NCBI RefSeq assembly: GCF_001447785.1
Contig: NW_015169798.1
Span: 531,764 to 595,763, forward strand
DNA length: 64,000 bases
Origin: Gekko japonicus
Taxonomy: Eukaryota
Direction of reading: 5' to 3'
Shown here: positions 1 through 12,558 of the stretch, piece after piece
How positions within the stretch are numbered: the first letter of the stretch is position 1
How the letters are laid out: every line of letters begins with the position of its first letter
Made by a program: the position numbers and the translations under genes
The notes under the pieces: model-generated
Told to the model about the DNA's origin: nothing
What the model saw: the letters and a program-made list of their open reading frames with translations, nothing else
The model's database searches: none

Positions 1-1431
1 CTGTGAGGCTTTTGCGAGCTTCTTTGCAGATAAAGTCTTGGCGCTTCGCCATGTCCTCCCTGCCACAATTGAGCCAGTGAGTGAACTCGAGGCCCCTTGC
101 ACGTCTTCGGTACCGGGTTTAGAGTGTTTCAATCCACTCAGTCTGGACAAAGTTGACAGATTGCTTGTATCTGTATGCCCAACCACATGTGACCTTGATC
201 CATGCCCCTCCTGGCTCATTAAAGCGGGACACGAGGCACACTACGGGAGATTATCAACAAGTCCCTCTTGGAGGGGCAGTTCCCGAGTGCGCTCAAGAAG
301 GCGATAGTCCACCCTCTCTTTAAAAAAACCATCTCTGAACCCAGCTGAATTGGCTAACTATCGGCCGGTGTCCAATTTGCCCTATTTGGGCAAACTTATT
401 GAGAGGGTGGTGGCACTACAGCTACAGAGCTTTCTGGAGGACGCTTCAGTCTTAGATCCCTTCCAGTCCAGTTTTCGCCCTGGTCATGGGACTGAGACGG
501 CTTTGGTCGCCCTGACTGACAATCTCCGACGGCATCTGGATTGAGGAGGTGTGGCAGCACTGTTGTTGTTAGATCTGTAGGCCGCGTTTGATACGGTCGA
601 TCATCAGCTGCTGACCCACCGCCTCGCCGACGTGGGGATTCAGGGGCTTGCCCTTCAATGGTTTGCCTGTTTCCTACAAGATCGGGGACAAAGGGTGGCT
701 GTTGGGGACCGGCGATCCCATAGGTACCCCCTTGATTGCGGGGTGCCTCAAGGCGCTGTGTTGTCCCCGATGCTATTTAACAAATATATGCGCCCCCTTG
801 CCCAGATTGCCCAGAGTTATGGGCTTGGGTGCCATCAGTATGCAGATGACACCCAGCTCTATCTGATGCTGGGTGGCCGGTCGGACTCGAGTCCCGATGA
901 CCTTCATCAGGGATTGGAGGCCGTGGCTGGTTGGCTCTGGCTGAGCCGATTGAAACTAAACCTGGCGAACACAGAGGTCCTGGGCCTGAGTCGGACTGGT
1001 GTGGGGCTAGGGCTCCCTCTCCTGACCTTCGACGGGGTGCCTTTGGTACCAGCGTCTGGGGTTAGGAGCTTGGGGGTGCTCCTGGACTCCACATTGACAA
1101 TGGAGGCCCAGGTGGCCTAGGAGGGACCATATTCAGCCTGTGTTGAAAGCGCTGCACTGGCTGCCGATAGCGTACCGGATCCGCTTCAAAGTGCTGGTTA
1201 TTACCTATAAAGCCCTATATGGCCAGGGGCCAGCCTACCTGAGGGACCGCCTTGCCCCACATGTTCCCCCAAGAGCACTACGGTCGGGGCCCCAAAATTT
1301 ATTGGTCATCCCGGGCCCTAAGGATGCCAAACTAACTGTGACCAGGGCCAGGGCTTTTTCGGTGGCGGCTCTTACCTGCTGGAACGAGCTCCCGGGGGAG
1401 ATCCAGGCCCTGCGGGACCTTGTGCAGTTCC
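1..1431 (+). mobile_element. L2-clade LINE, RT-coding fragment (decayed, internally deleted near 1118, 3'-truncated)
   Basis: RT motifs NYRPVSNLPYLGK, GVPQGAVLSP, YADDTQLY and the L2-type C-terminal LHWLPI..RIRFK; stops and frameshifts present. Confidence 0.9.
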
Positions 1432-1433
1432 CA

Positions 1434-4166
1434 CACATTGAAAATACATAGTTACCACATCCTGGAACATCCACAGTCCAGGATAGTCAAAGGGATTTTG
1501 AATGGAAATCCCATTTTTGCACACCCATGTGCTCCAAGTCACAAAGCAGGTCTTTGTTTTCCAAGAGACAGCATTTCAAGTGCAATAAAACAGACAATGA
1601 CAGGGGAGAGAGCAAGAGCAAGAGAGCTCACTCCCATAGGGATCAAACAATTATACCCCAATTCCAGTCACAAATTAGACGTGGCCATCAGCCAATTGCG
1701 AGTGGGCATGGGTGTGCCCAATTGTTGGTTGCCATGGTTGCTAACATCAGATTTCTGGGATTGGCTGGAAGTTTGGAGACCCTGCCTGCAGTCAGCTGAC
1801 CCAAACTCCAGCTATTTCATTGTGGTACATGACTGGTCACAAGTGGGCCAGAGTGTGGAGCCATGAGGTCTGGCTTTTGGCATGAAAGTGTGAAAGAATG
1901 TGGGTTTATGGCATGGCTATTGAGGCCATGTTGCCTCACCATTTGGCTTGCAACAGGAAACAAGACACAGCATGTTATCAATAGACATCACAGGAGAAGG
2001 CATGGGAATATAGAAGCAATATTTCTATACAGCATCTCACTTCTGTGACCACATAATAAGTTAGGGTTCAATCATATGAGGGACACACCGAAGTAACAGT
2101 AAATGTAATAGTTTAGGGCCAAACAAACACAGTGTTTTCCAAGCTTCCGTGACTGCTCTCTGGGTCCTACCGCCTGCAGCACCTCCCTCCAAGCCAGCAG
2201 GGATCCTTTGGAAACTCCCATTCTGTATGTTCCTATAAGGATGTGTCTCCAAATTACAATAGTCACTACAGGTGCTGGAAAGGTAATGAGGCCCTATCAC
2301 AGAAACTGTCCAGTGCAGTGGTGGTGGGTACAGAATAGGCAGCAACGGGGGCTTGCCCTGACCCAATGGGAGTAATCAGCATAACACTACCCACCCAAAG
2401 TGAGTCCTGCTGATCCTCTAGAAGCAGAACTTACATAGGTCTATTATAATATTTTTAGTGTCTATTTTACTTTTCTTAATATTTGGAAGCCACACAGCAT
2501 CAACAAACATTTGATTAATCATTTGAACAATGTCAAGGTTTCTCTCTCCCTCCACTCCAACACACACACACACTAATTACTGGGAAAAGTAGAGAAACAA
2601 GTAAAATTCAAACATTGGGGGGAGGGGGGGGACAAAGAACTACGTACTGACAAGTCTCTATGGGAGTTAAAAGTGGAGAATGGCCTTGGGCTGAATTCAG
2701 GAGGGAGAAGCATTCCCTCATGCATCCCCCCCCCCGTCAGTTTTTTTTTGGGGGGGTAAGGAAGGGAGGGAATCCTCCTAAGTCAGCATTCTTGGGGGAA
2801 GCTGGCAAGGTAAGATCTGGGGGGGAAGAAATGAGGGGAGGCAGCAAAATAAAAATAGAGATGAAGAGGTGGGAGAGCTGAAGGGGTTCATTGATACCAA
2901 GTCCAGGTCAGGGTGGACATGGATGGGAGACAGCCCCAGCCAAGCTCCAGGACACTTACTCCAGAGGAAGCATGCAGAGGGTGGCAGTCCCAGGAGAGGA
3001 AGATGTGGAGGAGGCACCAGTCCTCTCGTGGAGGTCACTGCCCTTACCCTTGGGAGGGAAGGACACAAGGGAGGCCTTGCCGAGAGTGGCCCCCAACCAG
3101 GCTGCAAATGTCAGAAAGGGAGAAGGGGAGTCAGGTCGAAAGGGGGAGCTTTTGGAGGATGGAAGAGAGGAGGGAGGGCAGAGGAGGTGGTGGCACAACG
3201 GCTTCGCATCAGGAATTCTCATGTCTTTTTTAAAAAGTCTTTGATGGGGATTCTGGGGTCTGTTTGGCATGTGGCTAGCCAAAGAGCAACGTGGGAGTGT
3301 GCACCTTTTAAAAAAAATGTTTTAAAAAGAATTTAAAAAGCATTTTCAGAATAAAATTTTGTGGGGCTGTGCCTTTAAGGAAGGGGCCCCACCGTAGCTA
3401 CGGACCAACTCTGCATTGTACCCCACTGAGGTTCATGTCTTCCCCAGGCTCCATCCCCAAATCTCCAGAAGTTTCCTAACCTCAGACTGACAACTGTACC
3501 CCCTCACTCCCCATCAGTGGTTAAGGGGGACCTGGCAACCCTAAGTAATACCAGGAGCCATAGCGAGAGAGAAATCGTCACAAGATTCTAATTGCTTTTG
3601 CCAGAGAAAGAAGAGAAAGGACAGTTAAATCAAAACTCAGTCTTCAAGAAGAAAACAAGTTTTCACTTTGTATTATTCTAACAACAATGTGAAAGACAAG
3701 AAACTAAGATGACAGAAGTTTATTAGAGATGACAGCTGCTAGAAGCATTGCAGTAGATAAATGCAGTGTGATGAGAGATAATAAAAAGAGGTAAAAATAG
3801 ACAGAATCTGGGTCATACTGGGATTCTAGTAGCAGTCCAGGGATGCAGCGGGTCTGCTTTCTGCTAGTGAGACTCTCTCTTTCTCCCCCCCCCCTTGTTT
3901 GCCAGTCTATGTATGTAAAATACCATTATCATTTTCAGAAGCCCATTTAGTTATTTTCTTTGCTTCCAACTTGCACTTAGGGTGCATCCAAAAGCCAGAT
4001 GATTCCCATAGCTGGAAAGGAGCTCCAGCACTGAACATCCAACCACTGCTTTGCCTGGTCATGTATATGTCAATGCCCCCTCTGGATGCCAGTAGAGGAT
4101 GTGAGCCTCTTTATGATTCTGGGTATTCTGCTGTAAAAAATAATAGGCTAGGAAAATGGGTACCCT
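1434..4166 (+). pseudogene. Probable Fc receptor-like (FCRL/FcgR-type IgSF) pseudogene remnant
   Basis: 1434-1545 reads HIENT*LPHPGT-(Y)HSPG, like the Ig E-F strands of FcR D2. About 2130-2399 reads DCSLGPTACSTSLQ...KDVSPNYNSHYRCWKGNEALSQKLSSAVVV and ends at a phase-1 GTGAGT donor. 3981-4166 is an AG/GT-bounded segment with Tyr motifs HVYVNAP and EPLYDSGYSAVK. Confidence 0.45.
3415..3543. mobile_element. hAT-type MITE fragment (TAGGGTTGCCA family)
   Basis: Ends in TGGCAACCCTA; internal sequence shared with the other copies. Confidence 0.65.
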
Positions 4167-4309
4167 GTAAGCAACACCTGCTGTCATTCAACCTGATAAT
4201 ATGCTAAATGTTCATAGGCCATTTTGGGGAGGTTGCAGACTAAGAGGTATTATCCTGTGTTCCCTCATGAAGAAAAGACAGGCCAATCCAGAGAACTCTG
4301 GTCACAAAT

Positions 4310-4587
4310 AAGAAAGAGGAGGAGATTGGATTTATACCCTGCCCTTCACTTGGAGACTCAGAGTGGCTTACAAACTCTTTTACCTCCCCCTCCCCACAAC
4401 AGACACCCTGTGAGGTAGGTGGGGCTGAGAGAGCTTTTTCCAGAACTGCTCTTTCAAGAATAGCTCTGACAGAACTATGGCTTGCCCAAGGTCATCCAGC
4501 AGCTGCATGTGGAGGAGTGGGGAATCAAACCCGGTTCCCCAAGATTAGAGTCCAGGCCCTTAACCACTACACCTAATTGGCTCTCTC
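4310..4587 (-). mobile_element. tRNA-derived CORE SINE (Squam3-like)
   Basis: Minus strand: A box TAGGTGTAGTGG, B box GGTTTGATTCCC, CORE-like CTCTCAGCCCCACCTACCTCACAGG, L2-like tail and (CTT)n end. Confidence 0.8.
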
Positions 4588-5029
4588 TATAAGGCCTTAT
4601 ATAGGTCCCTTCTGCATTTGCCTGCCACTCCGGATTTTCTCAGTGTTCGAATTGAGGCAATTTAAGTCCTCGGCAAAACAGCATCCAAATAACCTGGGGC
4701 AACAGCAGGCTGAAACTGGGCTGACCACTGAAGGGAGGTAATGTAATGCAAAATGGGGGAAAAAACTGGAATAAAAAGGAGATTGAAGTCGATTTTAGTG
4801 CAGAATGGGGGGGGGGACAGGAAGGTTGAATTCAATTTTAGTGCAAAAGTGCTTGGAGGACATCGCAATGAACATGGATTAAAAGGAGAGTACCGAAAGT
4901 AAAGCAAGGGGTCCAATTTAAAGAGCAAAAGGGAAATATGGACAGGAGGTGATGGATCTCTCGTCCCCTCCACACCCCTATAGCTTAATTTCTCACGGTC
5001 TCGTATTCTCAGATACTGAGAGAGAGTTC

Positions 5030-5526
5030 AGCTGTATGGTGATTTTGCCCTGTTCCCTCACTTATATACCGGATTTTCCCTTTGTTCTTTCTTTTTCTGC
5101 TGAGCAGCACCTATATCTATTTTCTTCTAATTTGTTGGTCTATGGCTGTCCCACCCTGTCATGTTATTATATATTTTGATACTGGCCCAGCCCAGGGATT
5201 TGAGAGATGAGACAAAATCACCTCCTAATATTCTACTCCTATAATGGCACATGAAAGGCTTTTGAAAGTTCAGAAATAAAATTTTCACTGGGCAGGGATT
5301 ACTTCTCTTGACTAGAAGCTCTGTCCCTTTTCAGCTTGAATAGGGATCTTCTGTGATCCTCTCATTCCTCTTACCTTCTTCCCAGTCCTCAGTCAGTACT
5401 AAACTGTTATTCATCTGGCAGTTCCCAACTGTCAGTTCTTACCTGACGCTCCCCACAGATTTGAGCAGCTTGTCAATCAAGGGTTCTCAGACATTTTAAG
5501 GCATTAACCCTTGACAGTCCATCACA
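5030..5526. repeat. Dispersed diverged duplicate, copy 1 (paralog at 18222-19053)
   Basis: Collinear similarity visible by eye, e.g. TTCACTGGGCAGGGATTACTTCTCTTGACTAGAAGC in both copies. Confidence 0.85.
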
Positions 5527-6038
5527 AGTTGAAAGACAAGTTCTGGGGGGCAGCCTGTGGAGAGGGTTCTGTACTCATCACTGAGACCCAAGGTAGATTT
5601 CACAATGTAAACCAATGCAATCAGTAAGATTAGACATCTAATAAGCAATGTGATAGAACTTGAAATCTGAAAAAAGCTAAGTATTAAATATGATGTTAAG
5701 AAATGCATAAAATGGTATTACATAGGTAGAAAGTAAGGCAGTGAGAGCAAAATAATACATAGAGCAACAAATAATACATATTATACACAGTACTACAGTT
5801 CACAATCCAGTTCCCTTTATTAAGCACCTTCCTGAATTATGTAGTTCCAGTGATTTTAATGGGCTGGAAAGTTCCTAGATACATGGCCAGCAGCAGCACT
5901 ACCCATGACTCCTTCCCTGCTCTTGTAATGTTTACATCCAGGTACCACATGGGCTGGGCCAGGATCATTTAAACAGTACTTTAGTTCCAAATTATCACAC
6001 AACCAGGACAGAGGGCAATTATGAGGTGGTAAGGCAGG

Positions 6039-6604
6039 GGTGACTGCAGCCATGAAATTAAAAGACGCCTGCTCCTTGGGAGGAAAGCAATGGCAAACCT
6101 AGACAATGTAATAAAAAGTAGAGATATCACCCTGCCAACAAAAGTCCGTATGGTCAAAGCAATGGTATTCCCAGTAGTAATGTATGTCTGCAAGAGTTGG
6201 ACTATAAGAAAGGCCGAGTGCCAAAGAATAGATGCTTTCAAATTATGGTGCTGGAGAAGACTCTTGAGCGTACCCTGGACTTCAAGAAGATCAAATCAGT
6301 CAATCCTAAAAGAAATCAACCCTGACTGTTCCCTGGAAGGTCAGATACTGAAGCTGAATCTTAAATACTTTGGCCACCAAATGAGAAGGGAGCACTCACT
6401 GGAGAAGACCCTGATGCTGGGAAAGACTGAAGGTCAAAGAAGAAGGGGACGGCAAAGGATGAGATGGTTAGACAGTGTTAACGATGCAACGAACATGAAA
6501 TTAAGCAAACTCCGAAGCACTACGGAAGACAGGAGGACCTGGCGTGATGTTGTCCATGGAGTCACAAAGAGTTGGACTCGACTGTGCGACTGAACAGCAA
6601 CAAC
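6039..6604 (+). mobile_element. RTE-BovB LINE, 5'-truncated
   Basis: ORF KSRDITLPTKVRMVKAMVFPVVMY...GRQRMRWLD; (CAA)n tail; TSD AAGGCAGG at 6031-6038 and 6605-6612. Confidence 0.95.
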
Positions 6605-6764
6605 AAGGCAGGAGTGGGCTGATATTTTGACTTGTGGGCCACATATGGAACTTTGTCCATTTTTTAGGGCTCCAGGTTAGATGCTGCTTCCCACAGTGGC
6701 AGATTGCTGACTTTGGAAACATGAAGGGCTAGGCCTGTTGTCTAGCTCAGACCTCTTACCTGAG

Positions 6765-7112
6765 ACATAAGAAGAGTCCTGCTGGATCAGACCAGTGGAC
6801 CATCTAGTCCAGCATCCTGTCTCTGAACATGAAGTTTCCGTTTAGTACCCATGGCTAGTAGCCAGTGATTGGCATATCCTCCATTAATCTATCTAATCCC
6901 CTTTTAAAGCTGTCTGTGCCTGTGGCCATCACTGCATCCTGTGGCAGTGAATTCCATATTTTAATCACTCATGTAAATAAGTATTTCCTTTTGTCTGTGC
7001 TGAACCTACTGTCCGTCAGCTTCACTAGATGCCCTTGAGTTCTAGTATTTTGGGAGAAGGAGAAAAAACTTCTCTTTGTCAACTCTCTCCACCTCATGCA
7101 TACTTTTTATAA
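6765..7112 (-). mobile_element. CR1 LINE 3' fragment
   Basis: CR1 3' end seen on the plus strand as ACATAAGAAGAG...CTGGATCAGACC...CCATCTAGTCCAG. Confidence 0.75.
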
Positions 7113-7865
7113 ACAGTTCTTTCCTTCCTCTTTCTTCCGTCAGCACTGCTCCATTGATGAAAGGAAGGGCAATTTCGCTCACTTCCCCCTCTTCAGTGCA
7201 GCCCACCAATTTGTGTATCTATTATTCCTACTGATGCGCCTGAAAAAAATGTTCAGCCGCTTGAAGGCCAGATAAAAAACTTCCGCGGCTGGATTTGCTC
7301 CTCCCCCCAGTTAATGTTCTGTCCATCTTTGTGTTAAGAAACCATGACATGGGCCTTTTTTGTGTTTTCTGGTCCTAAATGTTCTTGGAGTGGTTTGAGA
7401 AAAAGCCATGAGGTAATGACTTCTATGCCAATACCACAACCTTAGTTGTGACAACCTTTTGCTGGATTATGTTTAGGAAAAATGGATATATATTCACGCA
7501 GAAATCAGTAGATATTGTTCATGTATTTAAAAGAAAAGGCCTTAGCAATGCAAGACTCTAGGGCAATATTATCTTTGCAGTGAAAGAAAGCCACTTTTTA
7601 AAACCAGTACCAGTATTTGGGTTCAGAAAAATAAATCATTTCAGGTCTTACAAAAAGATGCATCAGCTAGGATTGCTTGTTTTACCATGCTGAAAAGTGG
7701 GGGACTTGTACCTGTGGAGTGAGCATTTGGTTCACATTGGACCCTGGCTACAAGCACCATGAGAGGAAGCCTTCACACTTCAAAAGGAACAAAAAGGCTG
7801 TGAGAAAAGAGAGCTGTTTCACTACCCCTTCACACCATTCAACAACACTGCCAATAAACAAGATA

Positions 7866-8215
7866 TAAAGGTAAAGGTTCCCTTGCTCGAAAGCCAGTCG
7901 AATCCGACTCTAGGGTTGCGGTGCTCATCTCCGTTTCCAAGCTGAAGAGCCAGCGCTGTCCGAAGACTTTTCCGTGGTCATGTGGCCAGCATGACTAAAC
8001 ACCAAGGCGCATGGAACGCTGCTACCTTCCCACTGAAGCAGTACCTATTTATCTACTTGCAATTTCTTGCTTTCGAACTGCTAGGTTGGCAGGAGCTGGA
8101 ACTATAGATGGGAGCTCACTCCATCATGCGGCACACTCGGGTCTCGCACTGCTGAACTACCGACCTTCCACAGCCTTCAGTTCAACGTCTTAACCACTTG
8201 AGCCACCGCAGCTCC
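7866..8215 (-). mobile_element. Sauria SINE, full length
   Basis: tRNA head, core CTGCCAACCTAGCAGTTCGAAAGCA...AATAGGTAC, BovB-like tail and (ACCTTT)n end. Confidence 0.93.
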
Positions 8216-8713
8216 TTTAAAGGCCACTTATTTACTGGTTACCATAACAATGGAAAATGTTCCATAGTCACAGACTGGAACACAAAAGGAATATCGCTTA
8301 AGAACTAGCATTTTATTAACAGCTGCCTATGTCCCTGAGGGTCCTGCTTGTTGCTCTGAGCACCATATATTCAAACTAACCAAAAATAATACAGGTGAAT
8401 ACAGAAACCCTTTGTGGGTTTCTTGAGTCAGAAAAAGGTGGATAACCCCTGTCCAAGGAATGCACAGTTTCTTCTAGAAACCAGAAGTAGAACTGGAAAA
8501 GGCATGAGAGAAAACTTTGGTGCAAAACAGTATTTGATGGTGTTGCTTGTTTACTTAAAAAATATGGAGAAAATAAAAGGGCCACACATTGCAAAAAGAT
8601 AAAAAATAAGCCCAAGGCCATGCTAGTAAATTGAAAATATATTTTATTACTCAGCTAAAAAGTCCCTACATGTTTTGCCAACAGGCTTCTTTAGGGGAAT
8701 CGGTTAGTCTTGT

Positions 8714-8912
8714 TAGGGTTGCCAGGTCTCCCCTTGCAACCAGCAGGAGATGGGGAGGTAGGGTTGCCAACTCCAGGTTGGGAAACTCCTAGAAATCTGG
8801 AGGTGGAGCCTCCAAGGCAACCATTTTCTCCAGGGGAACTGATCTCTGTAGTCTGGAGATGAACTGTAATTCTAGGGGATCCCCAGTTCCCCTCAGGAGG
8901 GTGGCATCCCTA
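8714..8912. mobile_element. hAT-type MITE (TAGGGTTGCCA family)
   Basis: Termini TAGGGTTGCCA...TGGCATCCCTA. Confidence 0.8.
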
Positions 8913-8948
8913 ACTTGTACTCTTGCTGAAGCAACATTGAAAGACTTA

Positions 8949-9230
8949 GGCTGATTTCACACTAGAGCTGCCTCGATGTTGCGCTGCCATTTGCCCCGAT
9001 ACTATTGGTTAATTTTACACCCGAAGCTGTGGGGCTGCATTTTGACTCGCGGCTTCGCCTGATTTCCCCCGCAGTTTCGTGATCCTGTTTTTTGAGGATC
9101 ACAAAACTGCGGAGGAAATCGGGCAAAGCCGTGGGTCAAATGCAGCCCCGCGGCTTCGGGTGTGAAATTGACCAATAGTATCAGGCAAACGGCGGCGCAA
9201 CATCGAGGCAGCTCTAGTGCGAAATCAGCC
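8949..9230. mobile_element. PIF/Harbinger-type palindromic MITE
   Basis: The whole 282-bp element is a near-perfect inverted repeat GGCTGATTTC...GAAATCAGCC, flanked by TTA and TAA. Confidence 0.85.
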
Positions 9231-9521
9231 TAACAGTCTACTGAAGAAGCCTGTTGGTGAAATGCATAGGAAATTTTTAGCTGAGTAATAAAAAATATTT
9301 TAACTTTACTTGCACCATTGGCCTTGGCCTAATTTTTAATCTTCTTAAAAATCACTTTTAAAAAAGAAAAGAAGGCAAAGCCACAAATAAACTGGGTTGA
9401 TGTGCATGCTACTATGATAATTTATTTTAAAGTGTAACGTTAAAAGAAAACTAGAAGCTAAGTAATGATGCAGCATGTACCTTCTACATCAGAATTTTAA
9501 AAAAGCTATCGATTTTTAATA

Positions 9522-10023
9522 CCCTAGAGAGCACTACGGTCGGGGTCTCAAAATCGGTTGACCCTCCCTGGCCCGAGGAAGGCCAAGCTAGCCATCACCA
9601 GGGCCGGAGCCTTTTCAGTGGCGGCCCCTACCTGGTGGAACGAGCTCCCTACGGGACCTTTTGCAGTTCTGCAGGGCCTGTAAGACGGAGCTCTTCCACT
9701 AGGCATTTAAGTAGGGGCCGCCACTGCCGTTGTTACAGGCTCCTACGGTAGGCCGTTACAGCAGGACTGACCCGTGGTGTTAACATCAAACTGATTATGA
9801 GCAGGGACAGAGTGGAACATCTGGACAGTCGAAATTTACTTCTGTAATGTACCGTCTAGATTAATTTAATCAGCCGCCAGCACTTTGTATTTTAATGTTT
9901 TATTGTTTGATCTAATATTGTGTATTTTAATGTATTTATGTTTTTATGGAAGCCGCCCTGAGCCCACTTTCGGGGAGGGCGGGGTATAAGTTTAATAAAT
10001 AAATAAATAAATAAATAAATAAA
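9522..10023 (+). mobile_element. L2 LINE 3' end
   Basis: Homologous to 1270-1430; tail AAGCCGCCCTGAG...GGGCGGGGTATA followed by (AAAT)n. Confidence 0.88.
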
Positions 10024-10034
10024 TTCCCACCACA

Positions 10035-10898
10035 CAGGGCCGGCCCATCATTGACAAAATGTAGGCAGTTGCCTATGGGTACCAGCTTGACCAGGGCGCA
10101 CTCTGGCCTGCCTGCCACCCCGCCTTTCCCTCCCACAAAATCTAACCAAGCGAGAGCTAGGCGCAAACGTCAAGCTGCTATTCCTACGGTGCAGTGGCGG
10201 GTCTTCCAGCGAGGAAGTTGGCAGCTGAGGAGGGTTGTGAGGAAAGAGCGCAGGGCCATGTGGGGGCACACAAAGTCCACAGGGGCTGTCCTCAGAGGCT
10301 CATCAGGGCTGGGAAAGGAGAGACCCCCGCAGGGCGCACCTCCCCGGACCAGCCGGGTCAGTTTCGATCCCAATTCTGGTCAATCTCCTCCTTTGGCTGA
10401 GCCGCACAGCCCAGCAACATTAGTCAGTTTCACTAATCTTTAAAAGCCTCCCATTTTGCCCTCGTCCTGACATGGGAAATGGGGACAGAAGTTTGGGATG
10501 GGTTGAGGTCTCAGGGTCTGTTTCAGGCCTCTGGGGATGTGGGGAGGGGAGGCGCGCACGTGGGAACATTCCTGCGGGGTGGAGGAAAGGGGCCTGGTGG
10601 CCTGCTGGGCCACACATCATGCGCGGCTGCCTCTCCCTTCCCAGCAGCCACCCCGGGCGGGCGGAACTTGCTCTGACCGCGCTCCTACTCCGGAGCCGTC
10701 ATTCAAGTGGCCCCATCCCGCAGTTCCAGCCAGGTGGGACTGCAGCAGGAGCGCCCCTGCCCCCGCCTTTGCCATGCCCCTGAAACCAGACCGCTGGCGC
10801 TCACTGAGGGGGTGGGGGTGCCAGAAAATTGGTGGGCGCCCGTGGGGCGCCAGAAGGGGGAGGCGCCTAATGTGCAAAAAAACCTAGGGCCAGCCCTG
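10035..10898. mobile_element. Non-autonomous hAT DNA transposon
   Basis: TIR CAGGGCCGGCCC / GGGCCAGCCCTG; 8-bp TSD CCACCACA / CAACCACA. Confidence 0.8.
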
Positions 10899-10947
10899 CA
10901 ACCACATCAACTCAATTTGTATAGCCAGACAAGTGGCATGAGCCTAC

Positions 10948-11155
10948 CAGGGTTGCCAATTCCAGGTGAGGAAGTTTCTGGAGACTTGGGGGTGGAGCCT
11001 TGGGAGAGTGGGTTTTAGGAGGGACCTCAGTGGGGTGTAGTGACATAAAGTCCACCGTCCAAAGCAGTAATTTTCTCCAGGGGAACTGATTTCTGTAGTC
11101 TGGTAGTTGTAATTCCAGGAGATCTCTGGAACCCACATGGAAGCTGGCAACCCCA
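10948..11155. mobile_element. hAT-type MITE (TAGGGTTGCCA family)
   Basis: Termini CAGGGTTGCCA...TGGCAACCCCA. Confidence 0.8.
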
Positions 11156-12558
11156 CCCTACACTAATATTTTCCCTGACCATGGCAGGGTCACTGAAGCT
11201 ATCTCTTCAATGAAAAGAAAGAAGGCCATGAACAACAGTGTTAGATAGCATATTTTTCTTAGCAGGTGGATTTCATAATAAAAACCTGAACCAGAACTTA
11301 TGAAGATAAGGTTTTTAAAAATGAGTTCTTTTAATCCGCTCATCCCCCATTAATGGTTGGTGTTACGCTTGTATTTAGACTTAGTCTGGATCTGGCCAAG
11401 TAGTTGTCTTCACATTTTGTTCTGTTGTACAAACTTGCTAAAATTAGTGCCAGACTGTTATGTACCATCCTCATTTCCATCCAACAGAAAATGGGATAAA
11501 ATTGTGTCTGGTATAAGTGGCAATCCACAATCATCATACAATCTGAAATGATAAAATATCTTTAGGGTCTCTCTTTCATAAATGAACTCAGTTTGAGGAT
11601 GTGCAAACAAAGACACACCAAAAGCTTTAGAAGTGTAATTTTCCCCCCATGAGCAGTGATACCTCAAGTGTGATAGGACTGAAAAACTGAATGACTTCCA
11701 CTAGCATGAATGAAGGTATTATGGAGAGTGAACCTCTCCTATTTGGTTTTGTTTTTAAAAGACCAAATTCTGGTACAGGCAGTTCTTCCTAAGAAAATGA
11801 AAGTGGTTTTATTGCATCATAGAGGTCTGGGCCATTTTGTCCCCAGATCTACCATCACTAAGCATTTTGATCAGTGTTTTTCCAATACATGATAAAAATT
11901 TCCTCGTCTGATCTTAGGCTTTCAGTGTGCAGTCAGACGTGCATTTTAATCTGCTGTTGCCCTCTAATTGATCCAGAGAATTTTGGAACACAGAACACTG
12001 ATCAGACTCACCCCTTTAAGCACTCTTCAAAGCCCTTTTACCCCATTATTGAGTGATCAGATGCATATCATACTGGGCAAATAAATGTTGCCATCGGCCC
12101 TTTTTAAAAATAGTTTCTCCATTGAGCATGCCCACAAGGGCTGCTATGCCTCCTGGGATATGTAGTTCATGGAGCTGCCAGCCATTTTTTAAAAAGTTTG
12201 TCCTCCAGGCATGTGCACAAGTGCTGATCAGCCTGCTGGGGCATGTAGTCCAGTTTGAAACCAGCTCAGCCCAGAGGGACTGGACTTTCACAAGTATCAA
12301 ATAAACATGGAGTAAAGGGGGGGGAATGGTACACAGACGTCTGGGGCATGACAGACAGATGTTGCTGTGTGAGTGTGCATTTTAAATCTGCAAGGGAACA
12401 GCAACTGCAATGGATTAAACTGCATGTCTGATCACAGCCTCAGTCTCTGCATCTCATTGCTTTTTCTTGTCAGAATACCATTGTTTCACAAAAGAATATT
12501 CCTTTATCTCAGGAAAGGATAATGCAGCCAATAGCCGCCGCCCCCGAGCCAAAACCTA

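Larger units (their letters stand above)
8594..9346. mobile_element. Inverted pair of Penelope pseudo-LTR remnants (8594-8697 minus, 9240-9346 plus) with minimal hammerhead motifs
   Basis: About 105-bp inverted repeat; CTGAAGA-AGCC-TGTT-GGT-GAAA-TGCA-TA-GG followed by AATAAA. Confidence 0.7.

Noticed and set aside
4205-4225. ATGGCCTATGA (MAY) olfactory-receptor-like motif on the minus strand
   Set aside because: No DRY continuation and no 7TM sequence
11458-11667. Weakly Ig-like reading YHCSWG...IYERETL
   Set aside because: Canonical Cys/Trp spacing and exon boundaries are not recoverable
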